This document shows positions 38,233 to 49,022 of a DNA stretch of 64,000 nucleotides, one piece after another; positions within the stretch are counted from its first letter, which is position 1, and every line of letters starts with the position of its first letter. The notes under the pieces are model-generated. The model was not told the origin of the DNA, searched no databases, and saw only the letters and a program-made list of their open reading frames with translations. Source of the DNA: an uncultured Planctomycetia bacterium (GTDB lineage: Bacteria; Omnitrophota; Gorgyraeia; 2-02-FULL-51-18). The DNA is taken from assembly GCA_964431835.1 (NCBI GenBank), contig CAYSKO010000007.1, positions 8,997 to 72,996 on the forward strand, written 5' to 3'. Made by a program: the position numbers and the translations under genes.

Positions 38233-39377
38233 AATACGTCGACAAGCCGGAATCGGTCGCCGAAGCCGCCCGTCTCATCGGGGCGGCGCCTTGGGCTTCG
38301 GTCGACTGCGAAGCGGACAGCCTTCACCACTACGTGGAGAAACTCTGCCTGATCCAGATCAGCGTTCCGGACCACGATTTCGTGGTGGACCCGCTCGCCG
38401 GAGCGGATCTCACGCCGATCATGACCGCGATGTCGCCCAAGCCGCTCAACCTGCACGGCGCGGATTTCGACATCCGCATGATCCGGCGGTTCCACGGTTT
38501 CCGTTCGACGGCGCACATCTTCGACACGATGATCGCGGCCCAGCTCCTGGGCTACGACCACCAGGGCTATGCGGACTTGGTCGAACGCCACTGCGGCGAG
38601 AAGCTTTCGAAATCCAGCCAGAAGGCCGACTGGTCGCGCCGCCCGCTCGACGAGAAGATGCTCGACTACGCCGTAAAGGACACGCATTACCTGAATCCGG
38701 TGAAGCTTCAGATGGAGGCCGAGCTCCGTGAGCTCGGGCGCTTCGAGTGGCACCGCCAGTGGTGCGCGCGCCTTCTCAACGCACTCATGAACGAGACTGA
38801 CGCTCCGCGCGAGGAAACCGGCCGCGAATGGCAGGTCAAAGGATGCCGCGAGCTTTCGGGAAAGGCGCTCACGTACCTTCGCGAGCTTTGGTACTGGCGC
38901 GACAAGGAAGCGCGCCGCAGGGACCGCCCGAGCTTCAAGATTCTCAACACCGAGTATCTAATCGAAATCGCGAAGTGGGCCGTCGCGAATCCGGGAACGG
39001 ACGCGGGAATGATGCCGAAGGCGCCGTCCAACGTGCGTCACGAGCTGCGCGAGCCGATCAACGCGGCTCTCAAACGCGCGGACGCTCAGCCGCAGGCCTT
39101 CGTCACGCAGGAGCGGGGAAAGTTCGAGAGGAAGCGCTGGACCAACGACGACGCGAAGCGATTCTTACAGTTGAAAGACGAACGGCAGGCGCTGGGGAAC
39201 GAGTTCAAGCTCCAGCCGAGCTTGCTGGGGACGAACGCGGCGCTCGAGATTTTGGCGTCGGGCGCTCCGAAGACACGGGAAGAGGTTGAAAAGCTCGACT
39301 GCCTGATGCCCTGGCAGATCGATCTGTGGGAAGAGCGGCTTTACAAGATCACGAACCCGCCGTCGAAGGGAAGCTGA
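38229..39377 (+). CDS. rnd: Ribonuclease D (DEDDy 3'-5' exonuclease + HRDC domain)
   Basis: Exo motifs (VDCEADSL, YAVKDTHYL) and a C-terminal HRDC-like region. Confidence 0.8.
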   Translation: MKYVDKPESVAEAARLIGAAPWASVDCEADSLHHYVEKLCLIQISVPDHDFVVDPLAGADLTPIMTAMSPKPLNLHGADFDIRMIRRFHGFRSTAHIFDTMIAAQLLGYDHQGYADLVERHCGEKLSKSSQKADWSRRPLDEKMLDYAVKDTHYLNPVKLQMEAELRELGRFEWHRQWCARLLNALMNETDAPREETGREWQVKGCRELSGKALTYLRELWYWRDKEARRRDRPSFKILNTEYLIEIAKWAVANPGTDAGMMPKAPSNVRHELREPINAALKRADAQPQAFVTQERGKFERKRWTNDDAKRFLQLKDERQALGNEFKLQPSLLGTNAALEILASGAPKTREEVEKLDCLMPWQIDLWEERLYKITNPPSKGS

Positions 39378-39381
39378 CGCT

Positions 39382-39615
39382 TTAGTCGTTGTCGTCGGAG
39401 TCGCCGCCGCCGAACCAGCCTTTATTCTCTGGCTTATTCGCCTTTTTCTTCGTGTCGATGAGCTGGCCGTCTTCCATGTCCTTGGCGACGGCGTAGCCGC
39501 CGACGACGCCGCCGGCGATAAGGGCCGCCGCGCAGCCCGGAAGGGAAAGCGCCGAGATCGTGAGCGAAATCATCATGAGAAGCGTGACGAGCGAGCGGAG
39601 GAATGGGATGCGCAC
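39382..39615 (-). CDS. OsmB-like glycine-zipper lipoprotein (signal peptide with lipobox LPGC, then GxxxG zipper AGGVVGGYAVA)
   Basis: GTG start with SD AAGGAG. The lipobox and Gly-zipper 2TM motif are read directly. It is the only minus-strand gene in the first 61 kb. Confidence 0.55.
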   Translation of the reverse strand: MRIPFLRSLVTLLMMISLTISALSLPGCAAALIAGGVVGGYAVAKDMEDGQLIDTKKKANKPENKGWFGGGDSDDND

Positions 39616-39658
39616 GGGGGAGTCTCCTTTCGCCGATTATAGCATAAACCCCTCAATT

Positions 39659-39667
39659 TGATATAAT
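39659..39667 (+). promoter_or_regulatory. Extended -10 element TGaTATAAT placed 8 nt upstream of the gatC ATG (predicted leaderless gatCAB transcript)
   Basis: Read directly. There is no SD before the ATG at 39676. Confidence 0.35.
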
Positions 39668-39675
39668 CACCCCCT

Positions 39676-39966
39676 ATGGCCGACATCGATCTTAAGAACG
39701 TCGCGAAGCTCGCGCGCCTCCACCTCACCGACGACGAAATCCGTCACCTGGAAGGCCAGGTGAAAGGGATACTCGACTTCGTCGAGCAGCTGAAGGAAGT
39801 AAACGTCGAGGGCATCGAGCCTACGACCCACCCGTTCCCGGTCCGGGACGTCTTCCGCGAAGACGAGCCGAAGCCCTCCCTCAAGATCGAAGAGTTCCTG
39901 AAGACGGCTCCCAAGGCCAAAGGCCGCTTCTTCGAGGTCCCGAAGATCATCGAGGATAAATCGTGA
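39676..39966 (+). CDS. gatC: Asp-tRNA(Asn)/Glu-tRNA(Gln) amidotransferase subunit C
   Basis: GatC family N-terminus ([19 protein letters not shown]) and its operon position before gatA/gatB. Confidence 0.9.
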   Translation: MADIDLKNVAKLARLHLTDDEIRHLEGQVKGILDFVEQLKEVNVEGIEPTTHPFPVRDVFREDEPKPSLKIEEFLKTAPKAKGRFFEVPKIIEDKS

Positions 39967-41405
39967 GCTTGAACTTCGCCGAAATGACCGCCTCCGCGCT
40001 CGCGGAAGCCTACGCCGCCGGCGCCACCCAGAAGGACGTCCTCGACTCCGTTCGCGCAGCCGCCCAAACCAAAGACGCGGCCATCCGGGCCTACGTGAAG
40101 CTGGAGGGCGCCCAGCCCAAGCACCGCAAAGCCGAAAAGAAATCGCCGCTCTGGGGCGTCCCCGTCGCGGTGAAGGACAATATCTGCGTCGAAGGGCAGG
40201 AAGCCACCTGCGGTTCCAAAATCCTCCAAAATTATGTGGCGCCCTACAACGCCACGGTCGTCGAGAAGCTCTTGGACGCCGGCGCCGTGATTTACGGCCG
40301 CACGAACATGGACGAGTTCGCGTTCGGATCGAGCTGCGAAACATCTTTTTACGGCCCCACGAAGAATCCGCGCGATCTCACCCGTGTTCCCGGCGGCTCG
40401 AGCGGCGGTTCCGCGGCGAGCGTCGCGGCGCATGCGGCCGTCCTTTCCCTGGGCTCGGACACGGGCGGTTCGATCCGCCAGCCGGCCTCTTTCTGCGGAA
40501 TCGTCGGGCTTAAGCCCACCTACGGCCGCGTGTCGCGCTACGGCCTCATCGCGTTCGCTTCCTCGCTCGATCAAATCGGCCCGTTCACGAAGGACGTCCG
40601 CGATTCCGCGCTCCTTCTTCAGGTGATCGCGGGCCACGACCCGAAAGATTCGACTTCCGCCGAAGTGCCCGTCCCCGATTACGCGTCGTTCCTCGGGAAA
40701 GATGTGAAGGGGATGCGGATCGGCATTCCGAAGGAATACGTCGCCAGCGGCCTCGGCGCCGACGTGAAGAAGGCGATGGACGACGCCGTGAAGACTCTCG
40801 AGGCGCTCGGCGCGACCGTCTCCGAAATCTCGCTGCCGCACACGAAGTACGCGGTAAACGTGTATTACATCGTCGCCCCCTCGGAAGCGAGCTCCAATCT
40901 TTCGCGCTTCGACGGCGTCCGCTTCGGTTTCCGCGAGGCCGCCGCGGACGCGCTCGTTCCGATGTACGAACGCTCGCGCGGCACCGGCTTCGGCGCCGAG
41001 GCCAAGCGCAGAATCATCCTAGGCACCTACAGCCTTTCTTCCGGCTACTACGACGCCTACTATCTCCGCGCGATGAAAGTGCGCACGCTGATTAAGCGCG
41101 ATTTCGACGAGGCGTTCGCGAAGGTCGACGCGATCCTTACGCCCACCGCGCCCTCCGCGGCGTTCAAATTCGGCGAGAAATCGAAGAACCCGCTTGAGAT
41201 GTACCTCTCGGATATCTTCACGATCTCGGCGAACCTGGCCGGCGTCCCGGCGATCTCGGTGCCGGGCGGCCTTTCCGCGGCGGAAGGCCTCCCGATCGGC
41301 CTCCAGTTCATGACGAAGCCTTTCGACGAGGGTAATCTCTTCCGCGTGGCGCACGCCTTCGAGCAGGCCACCGACTGGCACAAGAAACTGGGGAACGTGA
41401 AATGA
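39963..41405 (+). CDS. gatA: Glutamyl-tRNA(Gln) amidotransferase subunit A
   Basis: Amidase signature ([12 protein letters not shown]) and the Ser-cisSer-Lys triad context. Confidence 0.95.
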   Translation: MSLNFAEMTASALAEAYAAGATQKDVLDSVRAAAQTKDAAIRAYVKLEGAQPKHRKAEKKSPLWGVPVAVKDNICVEGQEATCGSKILQNYVAPYNATVVEKLLDAGAVIYGRTNMDEFAFGSSCETSFYGPTKNPRDLTRVPGGSSGGSAASVAAHAAVLSLGSDTGGSIRQPASFCGIVGLKPTYGRVSRYGLIAFASSLDQIGPFTKDVRDSALLLQVIAGHDPKDSTSAEVPVPDYASFLGKDVKGMRIGIPKEYVASGLGADVKKAMDDAVKTLEALGATVSEISLPHTKYAVNVYYIVAPSEASSNLSRFDGVRFGFREAAADALVPMYERSRGTGFGAEAKRRIILGTYSLSSGYYDAYYLRAMKVRTLIKRDFDEAFAKVDAILTPTAPSAAFKFGEKSKNPLEMYLSDIFTISANLAGVPAISVPGGLSAAEGLPIGLQFMTKPFDEGNLFRVAHAFEQATDWHKKLGNVK

Positions 41406-42844
41406 GCCTCATCCCGACGATCGGACTCGAGGTGCACGTTCAGCTGAACACGAAGACGAAGATCTTCTGCGCGTGCGCGGTGCGTTTCGGAGACCAGCCC
41501 AATTCGAACGTCTGCCCGGTGTGCCTCGGCCTTCCGGGCGTCCTGCCCGTCCTCAACCGCGAGGTGTTCAAGCTCGGCCTGCGCGCGGTCGTCGCACTCG
41601 GCGGCGAGCCCTCGGAGCGCGTGAAGTTCGACCGCAAAAATTACTACTACCCCGATCTGCCCAAGGGCTACCAGATCTCCCAGTTCGACCAACCGATCGG
41701 CCGCGGAGGATTCGTCGAGATCGAGACGAAAACGGGCCCGAAGCGCGTGCGGCTGAACCGCCTCCATCTGGAGGAGGACGCAGGGAAGCTCCTCCACGAC
41801 CAGTCGCCGACTTCGAGCCTGGTGGATCTGAACCGCGCCGGAACGCCTCTCGCCGAGATCGTGAGCGAACCCGATCTCGACTCCGCCGACGAGGCGTACG
41901 CGTATCTTACGAATTTGAAGGCGATCCTCCGCTCCATCGGCGTGTCGGAATGCGACATGGAAAAAGGACAGCTTCGCTGCGACGCAAACGTATCCGTCCG
42001 CAAGTCGAAGTCCGAGCCGCTGGGCACGAAGGTCGAGGTCAAGAATTTGAACTCGTTCAAAGCGGTCAAAGCCGCGATCGAGCACGAGATCGAACGCCAG
42101 ACCGCCGCCCTCGGAAAAGGGGAGAAGCTTTTTCAAGAAACGCGCCTTTGGGACGACGGCAAGGAAAAGACCTTTACGATGCGTTCGAAGGAAGAGGCGC
42201 ACGACTACCGTTATTTCCCAGAGCCCGACCTCGTCCCGTTCACGCTTACGAAGGAGGCGATCGAGGAGGCCCGGAAGTCCCTCCCCGAGCTCCCGAAAGC
42301 AAAGAAAGAGCGTTTCGTTTCCCAATTCCAGCTTTCGGATTACGATGCGGCGCTCCTGACCTCGCAGAAGGAAGTCGCGGATTTTTTCGAGAAAACCGTC
42401 GGCGAGTTCAAGCTCGAGCCAAAGTCGGCCGCCAACTGGATCACGGGCCCCGTTTTCGCGTATTTGGGCGAGAAGAACCTCGCGATCGACGGCACCGCAC
42501 TCTCGCCGAAGCTTCTCGCGCGCACCGCGGGTCTCGTGCAGGCGGGGAAGATGAGTTTCCAAGCGGCGAAGGAGAAGGTGCTTCCGCTCGTCATGGAAAC
42601 CGGCCGCTGCCCCGAGGAAATCATGAACGAGAAGGGCCTCGCGCAGGTTTCGGACGACGGGGCGCTCGACGGCTGGATCGCCGAAGTGGTCGCGGCGAAC
42701 GAGAAGGTCGTAAACGAATTCAAATCCGGTAAGGACGGCGCAGTCATGTTCCTCGTCGGCCAGGTCATGAAAAAAAGCGGCGGCAAGGCCAATCCTGGCA
42801 AGGTGCAGGAGCGCCTCCGCCAGCGCCTGGCCGCCTCCGCGTGA
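41402..42844 (+). CDS. gatB: Aspartyl/glutamyl-tRNA amidotransferase subunit B
   Basis: GatB N-terminal blocks ([26 protein letters not shown]) and the C-terminal YqeY-like domain. Confidence 0.95.
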   Translation: MSLIPTIGLEVHVQLNTKTKIFCACAVRFGDQPNSNVCPVCLGLPGVLPVLNREVFKLGLRAVVALGGEPSERVKFDRKNYYYPDLPKGYQISQFDQPIGRGGFVEIETKTGPKRVRLNRLHLEEDAGKLLHDQSPTSSLVDLNRAGTPLAEIVSEPDLDSADEAYAYLTNLKAILRSIGVSECDMEKGQLRCDANVSVRKSKSEPLGTKVEVKNLNSFKAVKAAIEHEIERQTAALGKGEKLFQETRLWDDGKEKTFTMRSKEEAHDYRYFPEPDLVPFTLTKEAIEEARKSLPELPKAKKERFVSQFQLSDYDAALLTSQKEVADFFEKTVGEFKLEPKSAANWITGPVFAYLGEKNLAIDGTALSPKLLARTAGLVQAGKMSFQAAKEKVLPLVMETGRCPEEIMNEKGLAQVSDDGALDGWIAEVVAANEKVVNEFKSGKDGAVMFLVGQVMKKSGGKANPGKVQERLRQRLAASA

Positions 42845-44025
42845 AGCTCTCTCCGCGGAGGGCGCTCGTCCCCGCGGCTCTCGCCCTCGTCCTCCTCCTC
42901 GGTCTCGCGGCCGCCGGATTCACGGCCGATCTCCTGAAAGGCGTCGACCGCCGTGCGTTCGAACGCCAGCTCGATCTCTTTGTCGAAGTCGTCCAGCTCG
43001 TGCGGAGCGAGTACGTGGACGAAGTGAAGATGGAAAAACTTTTCTCGGGCGCTCTCTCAGGGATGCTCCGCTCGCTCGACCCCTACAGCCAATTCCTCGA
43101 CGCCGAGGCCTACAAAGACCTGAAAAGCGACACCGAAGGCCAGTTCGGCGGCGTCGGAGTGGAAGTGGGCGCCAAGGCCGGCGTTCTCCACGTGATCGCG
43201 CCGCTCGATGAATCGCCCGCGTCCCGCGCGGGCTTGAAGGCCGGCGATGTCATCGTAAAAATCGACGGGGAGGCCATGCGGGACTTGCCGCTTTCCGACG
43301 CTGTCCACCGCCTGCGCGGCGCTCCCGGCACCCACGTGCGCCTCACCGTGATGCGCGAAGACTCGGACAAACTCCTCGATTTCGACGTGAAACGTGAGCG
43401 CATCGCGATCCGGAGCGTGAAGGAAGCGCGGATACTGGAAGGCGGTATCGCGTATCTACGCCTTTCGGCTTTTCAGGAAAATACCGCGGCCGATTTTGAC
43501 GCGGCGATCTCGCGGCTCCGCGGGGAGGGGATGACGGCCCTCATCCTCGATGTGCGGAACAATACGGGCGGCCTTCTTCTCGCCGCGATCGAGGTGGCCG
43601 AGCGCTTCGTGCCGGCCGGAAAAACCGTGATCGCGACCCGCGGGCGGAATCCAAAGAAGGGCCAAAAGTATGTTTCGGGCAATAAAGAGCCGCTCCGGCT
43701 CCATCCGCTCGTCATCCTCGTCAATAAAGGCAGCGCGTCGGGTTCGGAAATCCTCGCCGCGGCGATCCAAGATCACAAACTCGGCGTGATCGTGGGGCAG
43801 AAAACGTTCGGAAAAGCTTCGATCCAGACCCTCGTGCCCCTCCCGGATGGCACGGCGATCCGCATGACGACGTCGAAGTACGAAACGCCCGCGGGCCGTA
43901 TTCTCCACGAAGCGGGCGTGAAACCCGACGTCGAGATCGAACCGGCCGATCCGAACGGCAAAGACCCGGCGCTCGACCGCGCGCGTTCGCTCGCGCGCGA
44001 GCTTTCCGGAGTGCCTCGGGCATGA
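42841..44025 (+). CDS. ctpA: Carboxy-terminal processing protease (S41 peptidase, PDZ domain)
   Basis: Signal peptide, PDZ (GLKAGDVIVKIDG) and the S41 catalytic blocks (LDVRNNTGG, KGSASGSEI). Confidence 0.85.
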   Translation: MKLSPRRALVPAALALVLLLGLAAAGFTADLLKGVDRRAFERQLDLFVEVVQLVRSEYVDEVKMEKLFSGALSGMLRSLDPYSQFLDAEAYKDLKSDTEGQFGGVGVEVGAKAGVLHVIAPLDESPASRAGLKAGDVIVKIDGEAMRDLPLSDAVHRLRGAPGTHVRLTVMREDSDKLLDFDVKRERIAIRSVKEARILEGGIAYLRLSAFQENTAADFDAAISRLRGEGMTALILDVRNNTGGLLLAAIEVAERFVPAGKTVIATRGRNPKKGQKYVSGNKEPLRLHPLVILVNKGSASGSEILAAAIQDHKLGVIVGQKTFGKASIQTLVPLPDGTAIRMTTSKYETPAGRILHEAGVKPDVEIEPADPNGKDPALDRARSLARELSGVPRA

Positions 44026-44924
44026 TGGACCGCCGCCTCACGATCGCGCTCGCCGTCGCCTTCATCGTGACGGTCGCCGTTTTTACCGTACGCGGCTGCA
44101 CGAAGCGTTCCGACGTGCCGAAATCCGCACCCGCGCGTGTCGCGCGTCCAGTGAAGCCCGCGCCCGTGAAACCGAAGCCGAAGCCCAAGCGTCCTTATAA
44201 AGCCCCCGAAACCGTGCCGTCGCCCGTGACGCGTCCGTCCGGGGGAGAGGCGAAGCTCGCGATCGTGCTCGACGACTGGGGCCGCAAATACGACATTTTC
44301 GAGGAGGTGCTCGCGCTCGAGCGGCCGCTCACGCTCGCCGTCATCCCGCATCTTCCATATAGCGCGCGGATCGCACGCGAAGGCCGCGCGGCCGGTCTCG
44401 GCATCATCGTCCACTTCCCGATGCAGCCGAAGGCGGAGACGCACGTCGAACCCACGACGATCTTGACGACCACTCCCGATGCCGTGATCAAGAAGCGCTT
44501 GGACGACGCGTTCCGTTCCGTCGCGGGCGCCCAGGGTATGAACAACCACCAGGGTTCCGCCGCCACGAGCGACCTCCGCGTCATGCGCACGGTGCTCGGG
44601 CACTTGAAATCGAAGAACGTCTTCTTCCTCGATTCGAACGTGATCTCAACCACCGTCGGCCCGCGCGTGGCGAAGGAAATCGGCATCCCTTTCACGAAAC
44701 GCGACGTCTTCTTAGACAACGAGCTCGACGAGGACGCGATCGTCGAGCAGCTCCGGAAGGCCAAGCGCATCGCGCTTTCGCGCGGGAGCGCCGTCGCCAT
44801 CGGCCACGACCACGACGTGACGCTCGCGGCCATCCGCCGCGTTCTTCCGGAGATTGAGCGCGAAGGCGTGCGGCTCGTACTCGCCAAAGACCTCCTTCTC
44901 TACCCCGAGGACGACATCGAGTGA
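44022..44924 (+). CDS. Divergent polysaccharide deacetylase family protein (YibQ-like) with an N-terminal TM anchor and a Pro/Lys-rich linker
   Basis: Conserved blocks (LAIVLDDWG, HFPMQP, MNNHQGS). Confidence 0.7.
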   Translation: MMDRRLTIALAVAFIVTVAVFTVRGCTKRSDVPKSAPARVARPVKPAPVKPKPKPKRPYKAPETVPSPVTRPSGGEAKLAIVLDDWGRKYDIFEEVLALERPLTLAVIPHLPYSARIAREGRAAGLGIIVHFPMQPKAETHVEPTTILTTTPDAVIKKRLDDAFRSVAGAQGMNNHQGSAATSDLRVMRTVLGHLKSKNVFFLDSNVISTTVGPRVAKEIGIPFTKRDVFLDNELDEDAIVEQLRKAKRIALSRGSAVAIGHDHDVTLAAIRRVLPEIEREGVRLVLAKDLLLYPEDDIE

Positions 44925-45955
44925 TCACCCTCGGCGTGGAAACCTCCTGCGACGAGACGTCCGTCGCGATCGTTTCGGGGCGGAAAATCCTCTCGAACGT
45001 CGTCGCCTCGAGCCTCGAGGAACAAAAGCGCTACGGCGGCGTCGTGCCGGAGATCGCCTCGCGCGCCCAGCTCGAGGTGCTCCTACCCACGCTCGACGAG
45101 GCCCTTAAAAAAGCGAAAGTTCCGCTCCGCAAGGTCGATCTCATCGCCGTCACGCGCGGCCCCGGCCTCATGGGATCGATCCTCGTCGGCCTTTCGGCGG
45201 CCAAAGCGCTCTCGCTCGCGCTCGGGAAGCCCCTCGTGGGCGTGGACCACGTCCTAGCGCACGCCTACGCCGGGTTTCTTTCGGACCCCAAGCTCAAGTT
45301 CCCGTGTCTCGGCCTGGTCGTCTCCGGCGGGCACACGATGCTCCTTCGCATGGAATCGGCGTCCCACATGAAAACCCTCGGAAAAACGCTCGACGACGCG
45401 GCTGGGGAAGCCTTCGATAAAGTTGCAAAGATCCTAGGGTTGGGATATCCTGGGGGTCCAGAAATCGACCGGCTGTCCAAGAAGCAAGATCCGAACGTTT
45501 TTCGCTTCACCCGACCCTTTCTTTCGAGCGATTCGCTCGATTTCAGCTTCAGCGGAATCAAGACCGCCGTGTACCACCAGGTGGAAGCCCTGAAGAAAAA
45601 GGCGAAGGGGCCCGGTCCGAAGGTTCGCGCGCAGATTTGTTCGGGCTTCCAGGAAGCCGTCTGCGAGACGCTCGTCAAAAAGAGCGTGCGCGCCGCGGCG
45701 CGCGAGAACCTGAAGACGATCGTGATCGGCGGCGGGGTGAGCGCCAATTCCCGCCTGCGCGAGATGATGGCCGAAGCAGCGGACGAAGCGGGCCTGAAGG
45801 CCGTGTTTCCGCCGCTCGCGCTCTGCCAGGACAACGCGGCGATGATCGCTTCCTACGGTGAAGCGCTTTACCGGGAGGGGCGGCGAGACGCGCTCGACAT
45901 GCCCGGATACCCCGATTTCGAGCACCACGACGGAGCCACGAGTGGAAGAAAATAA
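44921..45955 (+). CDS. tsaD: tRNA N6-adenosine threonylcarbamoyltransferase TsaD
   Basis: LGVETSCDETSVAI, the HxxxH-like metal site (VDHVLAHAY) and VVSGGH. Confidence 0.9.
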   Translation: MITLGVETSCDETSVAIVSGRKILSNVVASSLEEQKRYGGVVPEIASRAQLEVLLPTLDEALKKAKVPLRKVDLIAVTRGPGLMGSILVGLSAAKALSLALGKPLVGVDHVLAHAYAGFLSDPKLKFPCLGLVVSGGHTMLLRMESASHMKTLGKTLDDAAGEAFDKVAKILGLGYPGGPEIDRLSKKQDPNVFRFTRPFLSSDSLDFSFSGIKTAVYHQVEALKKKAKGPGPKVRAQICSGFQEAVCETLVKKSVRAAARENLKTIVIGGGVSANSRLREMMAEAADEAGLKAVFPPLALCQDNAAMIASYGEALYREGRRDALDMPGYPDFEHHDGATSGRK

Positions 45956-46322
45956 GACCCCGCAAGAAGAGCCGAACCCCGCCGATGAGCGCTACCTCAT
46001 CGACGTCCGCGAGGCGGCGGACCTCCTCGACATCAGCGAGGAAGAGCTCTGGGCGCTCGTCCACGACCACAAGATCCCCACGCACAACATCGCCGGGGCG
46101 TTCCTGCGCTTCAAGAAGTCGGACATCGAGGCGGTCAAGATCAAATGGCGCATCCACCGCGAGCTCTTCCCCAAGAAGCAGCGCTGGTTCGCGCACCGCG
46201 ACACGGTCAAGGCGGCTGGCATCGCCGAGAAACTCTCGGACTTCTGGTACTTCAACGATTTTTACGTGATTTGTTCGTTGCTCATCATCGTGCTGCTCTA
46301 CGTGATCATCAATACCCAGTAA
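45942..46322 (+). CDS. Small HTH (excisionase/MerR-type HTH_17-like) DNA-binding protein with a C-terminal hydrophobic membrane anchor
   Basis: GTG start overlapping the tsaD 3' end. The HTH block is YLIDVREAADLLDISEEELWALVHDHKIPTHNIAGAFLRFKKSDIEAV. The C-terminus (FYVICSLLIIVLLYVIIN) has lower GC. Confidence 0.45.
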   Translation: MEENKTPQEEPNPADERYLIDVREAADLLDISEEELWALVHDHKIPTHNIAGAFLRFKKSDIEAVKIKWRIHRELFPKKQRWFAHRDTVKAAGIAEKLSDFWYFNDFYVICSLLIIVLLYVIINTQ

Positions 46323-46344
46323 AAGGCCCGCCAAAAAACCCCCG

Positions 46345-49017
46345 ATGAAATTCGTCCTGCTCGACGGCAACTCGTTCTGCTACCGGGCATTCTTCGCCAT
46401 CCGCGAGCTCCGCAACTCGAAGGGTCAGCCGACGAACGCCGTTTACGGCTTCATCACTATGCTGGAAAAGCTCCTCAAAGATATCAAGCCCGACGGCATG
46501 GTGCTCACGTTCGACATGAAGGGCCCGACGCACCGCCACGAGAAGTACGAGGAGTACAAGGCCCAGCGCAAGCCCATGCCCGACGACCTCCGCTCCCAAA
46601 TCCCCCTCATCAAGGACGTCGTTCGCGCCTACCGGATCCCCATCTTCGAGAAGGAAGGGTACGAGGCCGACGACGTGATCGCGACGCTCGCCGAGCGGAT
46701 CAAGGCCGCGGGCCACGAGACGTTCATCGCGACCGGCGACAAAGACATGCTCCAGCTCGTGGGAAAATCGGTGAAGATCGTGAATCCACAAAAGGAGAAC
46801 TTCATCTACGACGAGGCCGCCGTCAAAGAACGCTTCGGTGTGGACCCGGAGCGCGTGACGGACGTCATGGCCCTCATGGGCGACGCCTCCGACAACATCC
46901 CGGGGGTCACTGGCATCGGGGAAGTGACGGCGTCCAAGCTCATTATCGAATTCGGCTCGCTCGATGCACTTTATAAGAATCTCGCGAAGGTGAAAGGCGA
47001 CAAGCTCCGCGCGAACCTCGAAGCGGGGAAGGAAATGGCGTATCTCTCGAGGGACCTCGCCACCGTCGACCGCGCCGTGCCAATCGACATCGACGTGACC
47101 GCGCTCAAGCGCTGCGAGCCGGACGCCGAGAAGCTCGCCGAGCTCTACCGCGAATTCGAGTTCCGCACTCTTCTTAAGAACCTCCCGTCCGCCGAGGATA
47201 AGAACGCCGAGGACGCGGCACTCGAGTACGCGCTCGTTTCCGACGAAAAGGGCTTCGCGAAGCTCGTCGAGACCCTTTCCAAGAAAAAGGCGTGGGCGTT
47301 CGATTTCGAGACGACGAGCGTAAACTCGCTTCTTGCACGCCCGCTCGGCGTGTCGTTTTCGTGGAAAGACAAAGAAGCGTTCTACGTCGCGTTCACCGAG
47401 AAGGGGCCGCTCCAGGCGAAGGAATGCCTCGAGCGCCTGCGTCCGCTCTTCGAGAACGAAAAGATCGCCAAGACCGGGCAGAACCTGAAATACGAGGCGA
47501 TGCTCCTCGGGAGCCACGGGATCGAGCTCCGGGGCATCGCGTTCGACACGATGGTCGCCTCCTACTGCCTCAATCCGGCCAAGCCGAACCACAACCTGGA
47601 CGACATCGCCGCCGAACAGCTGGGGATCCGCATCACGCCGATCACGGAGCTTATCGGCACCGGCCGGAACGAGATCCCAATGGAGGAGGTGCCACTCGAA
47701 AAGGTCTGGCCGTATGGCTGCCAAGACTCCGATGTCGCCCTTCGCCTCGAAAAGACGCTCGCGCCTAAGCTCGCCGAAAAGGACCTGGACGGCCTTTTCC
47801 GGGACATCGAGATGCCCCTCGTTCCGATCCTCGGAGGCATGGAAACGGCCGGAATCGGCCTCGACATCGAACTTCTGGGAGACCTTTCGAAAGAAATGGA
47901 GAAGACCCTCGCCGCGGTCACAAAGACCATCCACAAGGAAGCGGGGACAGAATTCAACATCAACTCTCCCAAGCAGTTGTCGGAAATACTATTCGACAAG
48001 CTCCGCCTGCCTATGGTAAAAAAGACTAAGACAGGGGCATCCACGAACGTAGAGGTTTTGCTCGAGCTTTCCGAAATTCACCCGCTCCCCAAAGAAATCT
48101 TAAAATTCAGGGAACTTTCGAAGCTTAAATCCACCTATGTGGACGCTCTTCCGCTCCTTATCAACCCGCGGACGAAACGGGTTCACACCTCGTTCAATCA
48201 AACGGTGACCGCCACGGGGCGGCTCTCGTCGAGCGAACCGAACCTGCAGAACATTCCGATCCGCACCGAAGAAGGCCGGAAGATCCGGCGCGCGTTTGTC
48301 GCCGGTACGAAGGACACGGTCCTCGTCTCGGCCGATTACTCGCAGATCGAACTGCGCGTGCTTGCGCACCTCTCGGGAGACGAAAACCTGATCCGCGCGT
48401 TCAAGGAAGGCGCGGACATCCATCGCTACACGGCGGGCCTGATGTTCAACCTTCCGATGGAGAGCGTGTCAGACACGATGCGCAATTCGGCGAAGACCGT
48501 GAACTTTGGCGTTCTTTACGGGATGGGCGCGTTCAGCCTGGCCAAGAATTTGAACGTCTCGAACGAAGCCGCGAAGGACTTCATCAAGGCCTACTTCGAC
48601 CGTTACCCGAAGGTGAAGGTCTACCTCGACAAGAATCTCGAGGGGGCGCGGAAAGACGGCTACGTGCAGACCGCGTTCAAGCGCCGCCGGTATATCCCGG
48701 AGATCCTTTCGAGGGACGTGCGCGTGAAGGCGTTCGCCGAGCGCACCGCGAACAACATGCCGATCCAGGGCACTGCGAGCGACATCATCAAGATCGCGAT
48801 GATCCGCATCGCCGGGAAACTCGCGGCGGGGAAGTGGGGCGCGCGGATGATCCTGCAGGTGCACGACGAACTCGTGTTCGAAGTGCCCAAAACCGAAGAG
48901 AAGAAGCTTGTCGCGATGGTGCGTGCCGAGATGGAAGGCGCCGTGGATTTCAAGGTGCCGATGGACGTTTCAGTGAAGGCCGGGCCGAACTGGCTCGACA
49001 TGACGGAAGCCGCTTAA
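46345..49017 (+). CDS. polA: DNA polymerase I (5'-3' exonuclease, 3'-5' exo-like and polymerase domains)
   Basis: 890 aa, with the FEN-like N-terminus and polymerase motifs A (DYSQIELR), B (RRxAKTVNFGVLYG) and C (VHDELV). Confidence 0.95.
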   Translation: MKFVLLDGNSFCYRAFFAIRELRNSKGQPTNAVYGFITMLEKLLKDIKPDGMVLTFDMKGPTHRHEKYEEYKAQRKPMPDDLRSQIPLIKDVVRAYRIPIFEKEGYEADDVIATLAERIKAAGHETFIATGDKDMLQLVGKSVKIVNPQKENFIYDEAAVKERFGVDPERVTDVMALMGDASDNIPGVTGIGEVTASKLIIEFGSLDALYKNLAKVKGDKLRANLEAGKEMAYLSRDLATVDRAVPIDIDVTALKRCEPDAEKLAELYREFEFRTLLKNLPSAEDKNAEDAALEYALVSDEKGFAKLVETLSKKKAWAFDFETTSVNSLLARPLGVSFSWKDKEAFYVAFTEKGPLQAKECLERLRPLFENEKIAKTGQNLKYEAMLLGSHGIELRGIAFDTMVASYCLNPAKPNHNLDDIAAEQLGIRITPITELIGTGRNEIPMEEVPLEKVWPYGCQDSDVALRLEKTLAPKLAEKDLDGLFRDIEMPLVPILGGMETAGIGLDIELLGDLSKEMEKTLAAVTKTIHKEAGTEFNINSPKQLSEILFDKLRLPMVKKTKTGASTNVEVLLELSEIHPLPKEILKFRELSKLKSTYVDALPLLINPRTKRVHTSFNQTVTATGRLSSSEPNLQNIPIRTEEGRKIRRAFVAGTKDTVLVSADYSQIELRVLAHLSGDENLIRAFKEGADIHRYTAGLMFNLPMESVSDTMRNSAKTVNFGVLYGMGAFSLAKNLNVSNEAAKDFIKAYFDRYPKVKVYLDKNLEGARKDGYVQTAFKRRRYIPEILSRDVRVKAFAERTANNMPIQGTASDIIKIAMIRIAGKLAAGKWGARMILQVHDELVFEVPKTEEKKLVAMVRAEMEGAVDFKVPMDVSVKAGPNWLDMTEAA

Positions 49018-49022
49018 GACCG

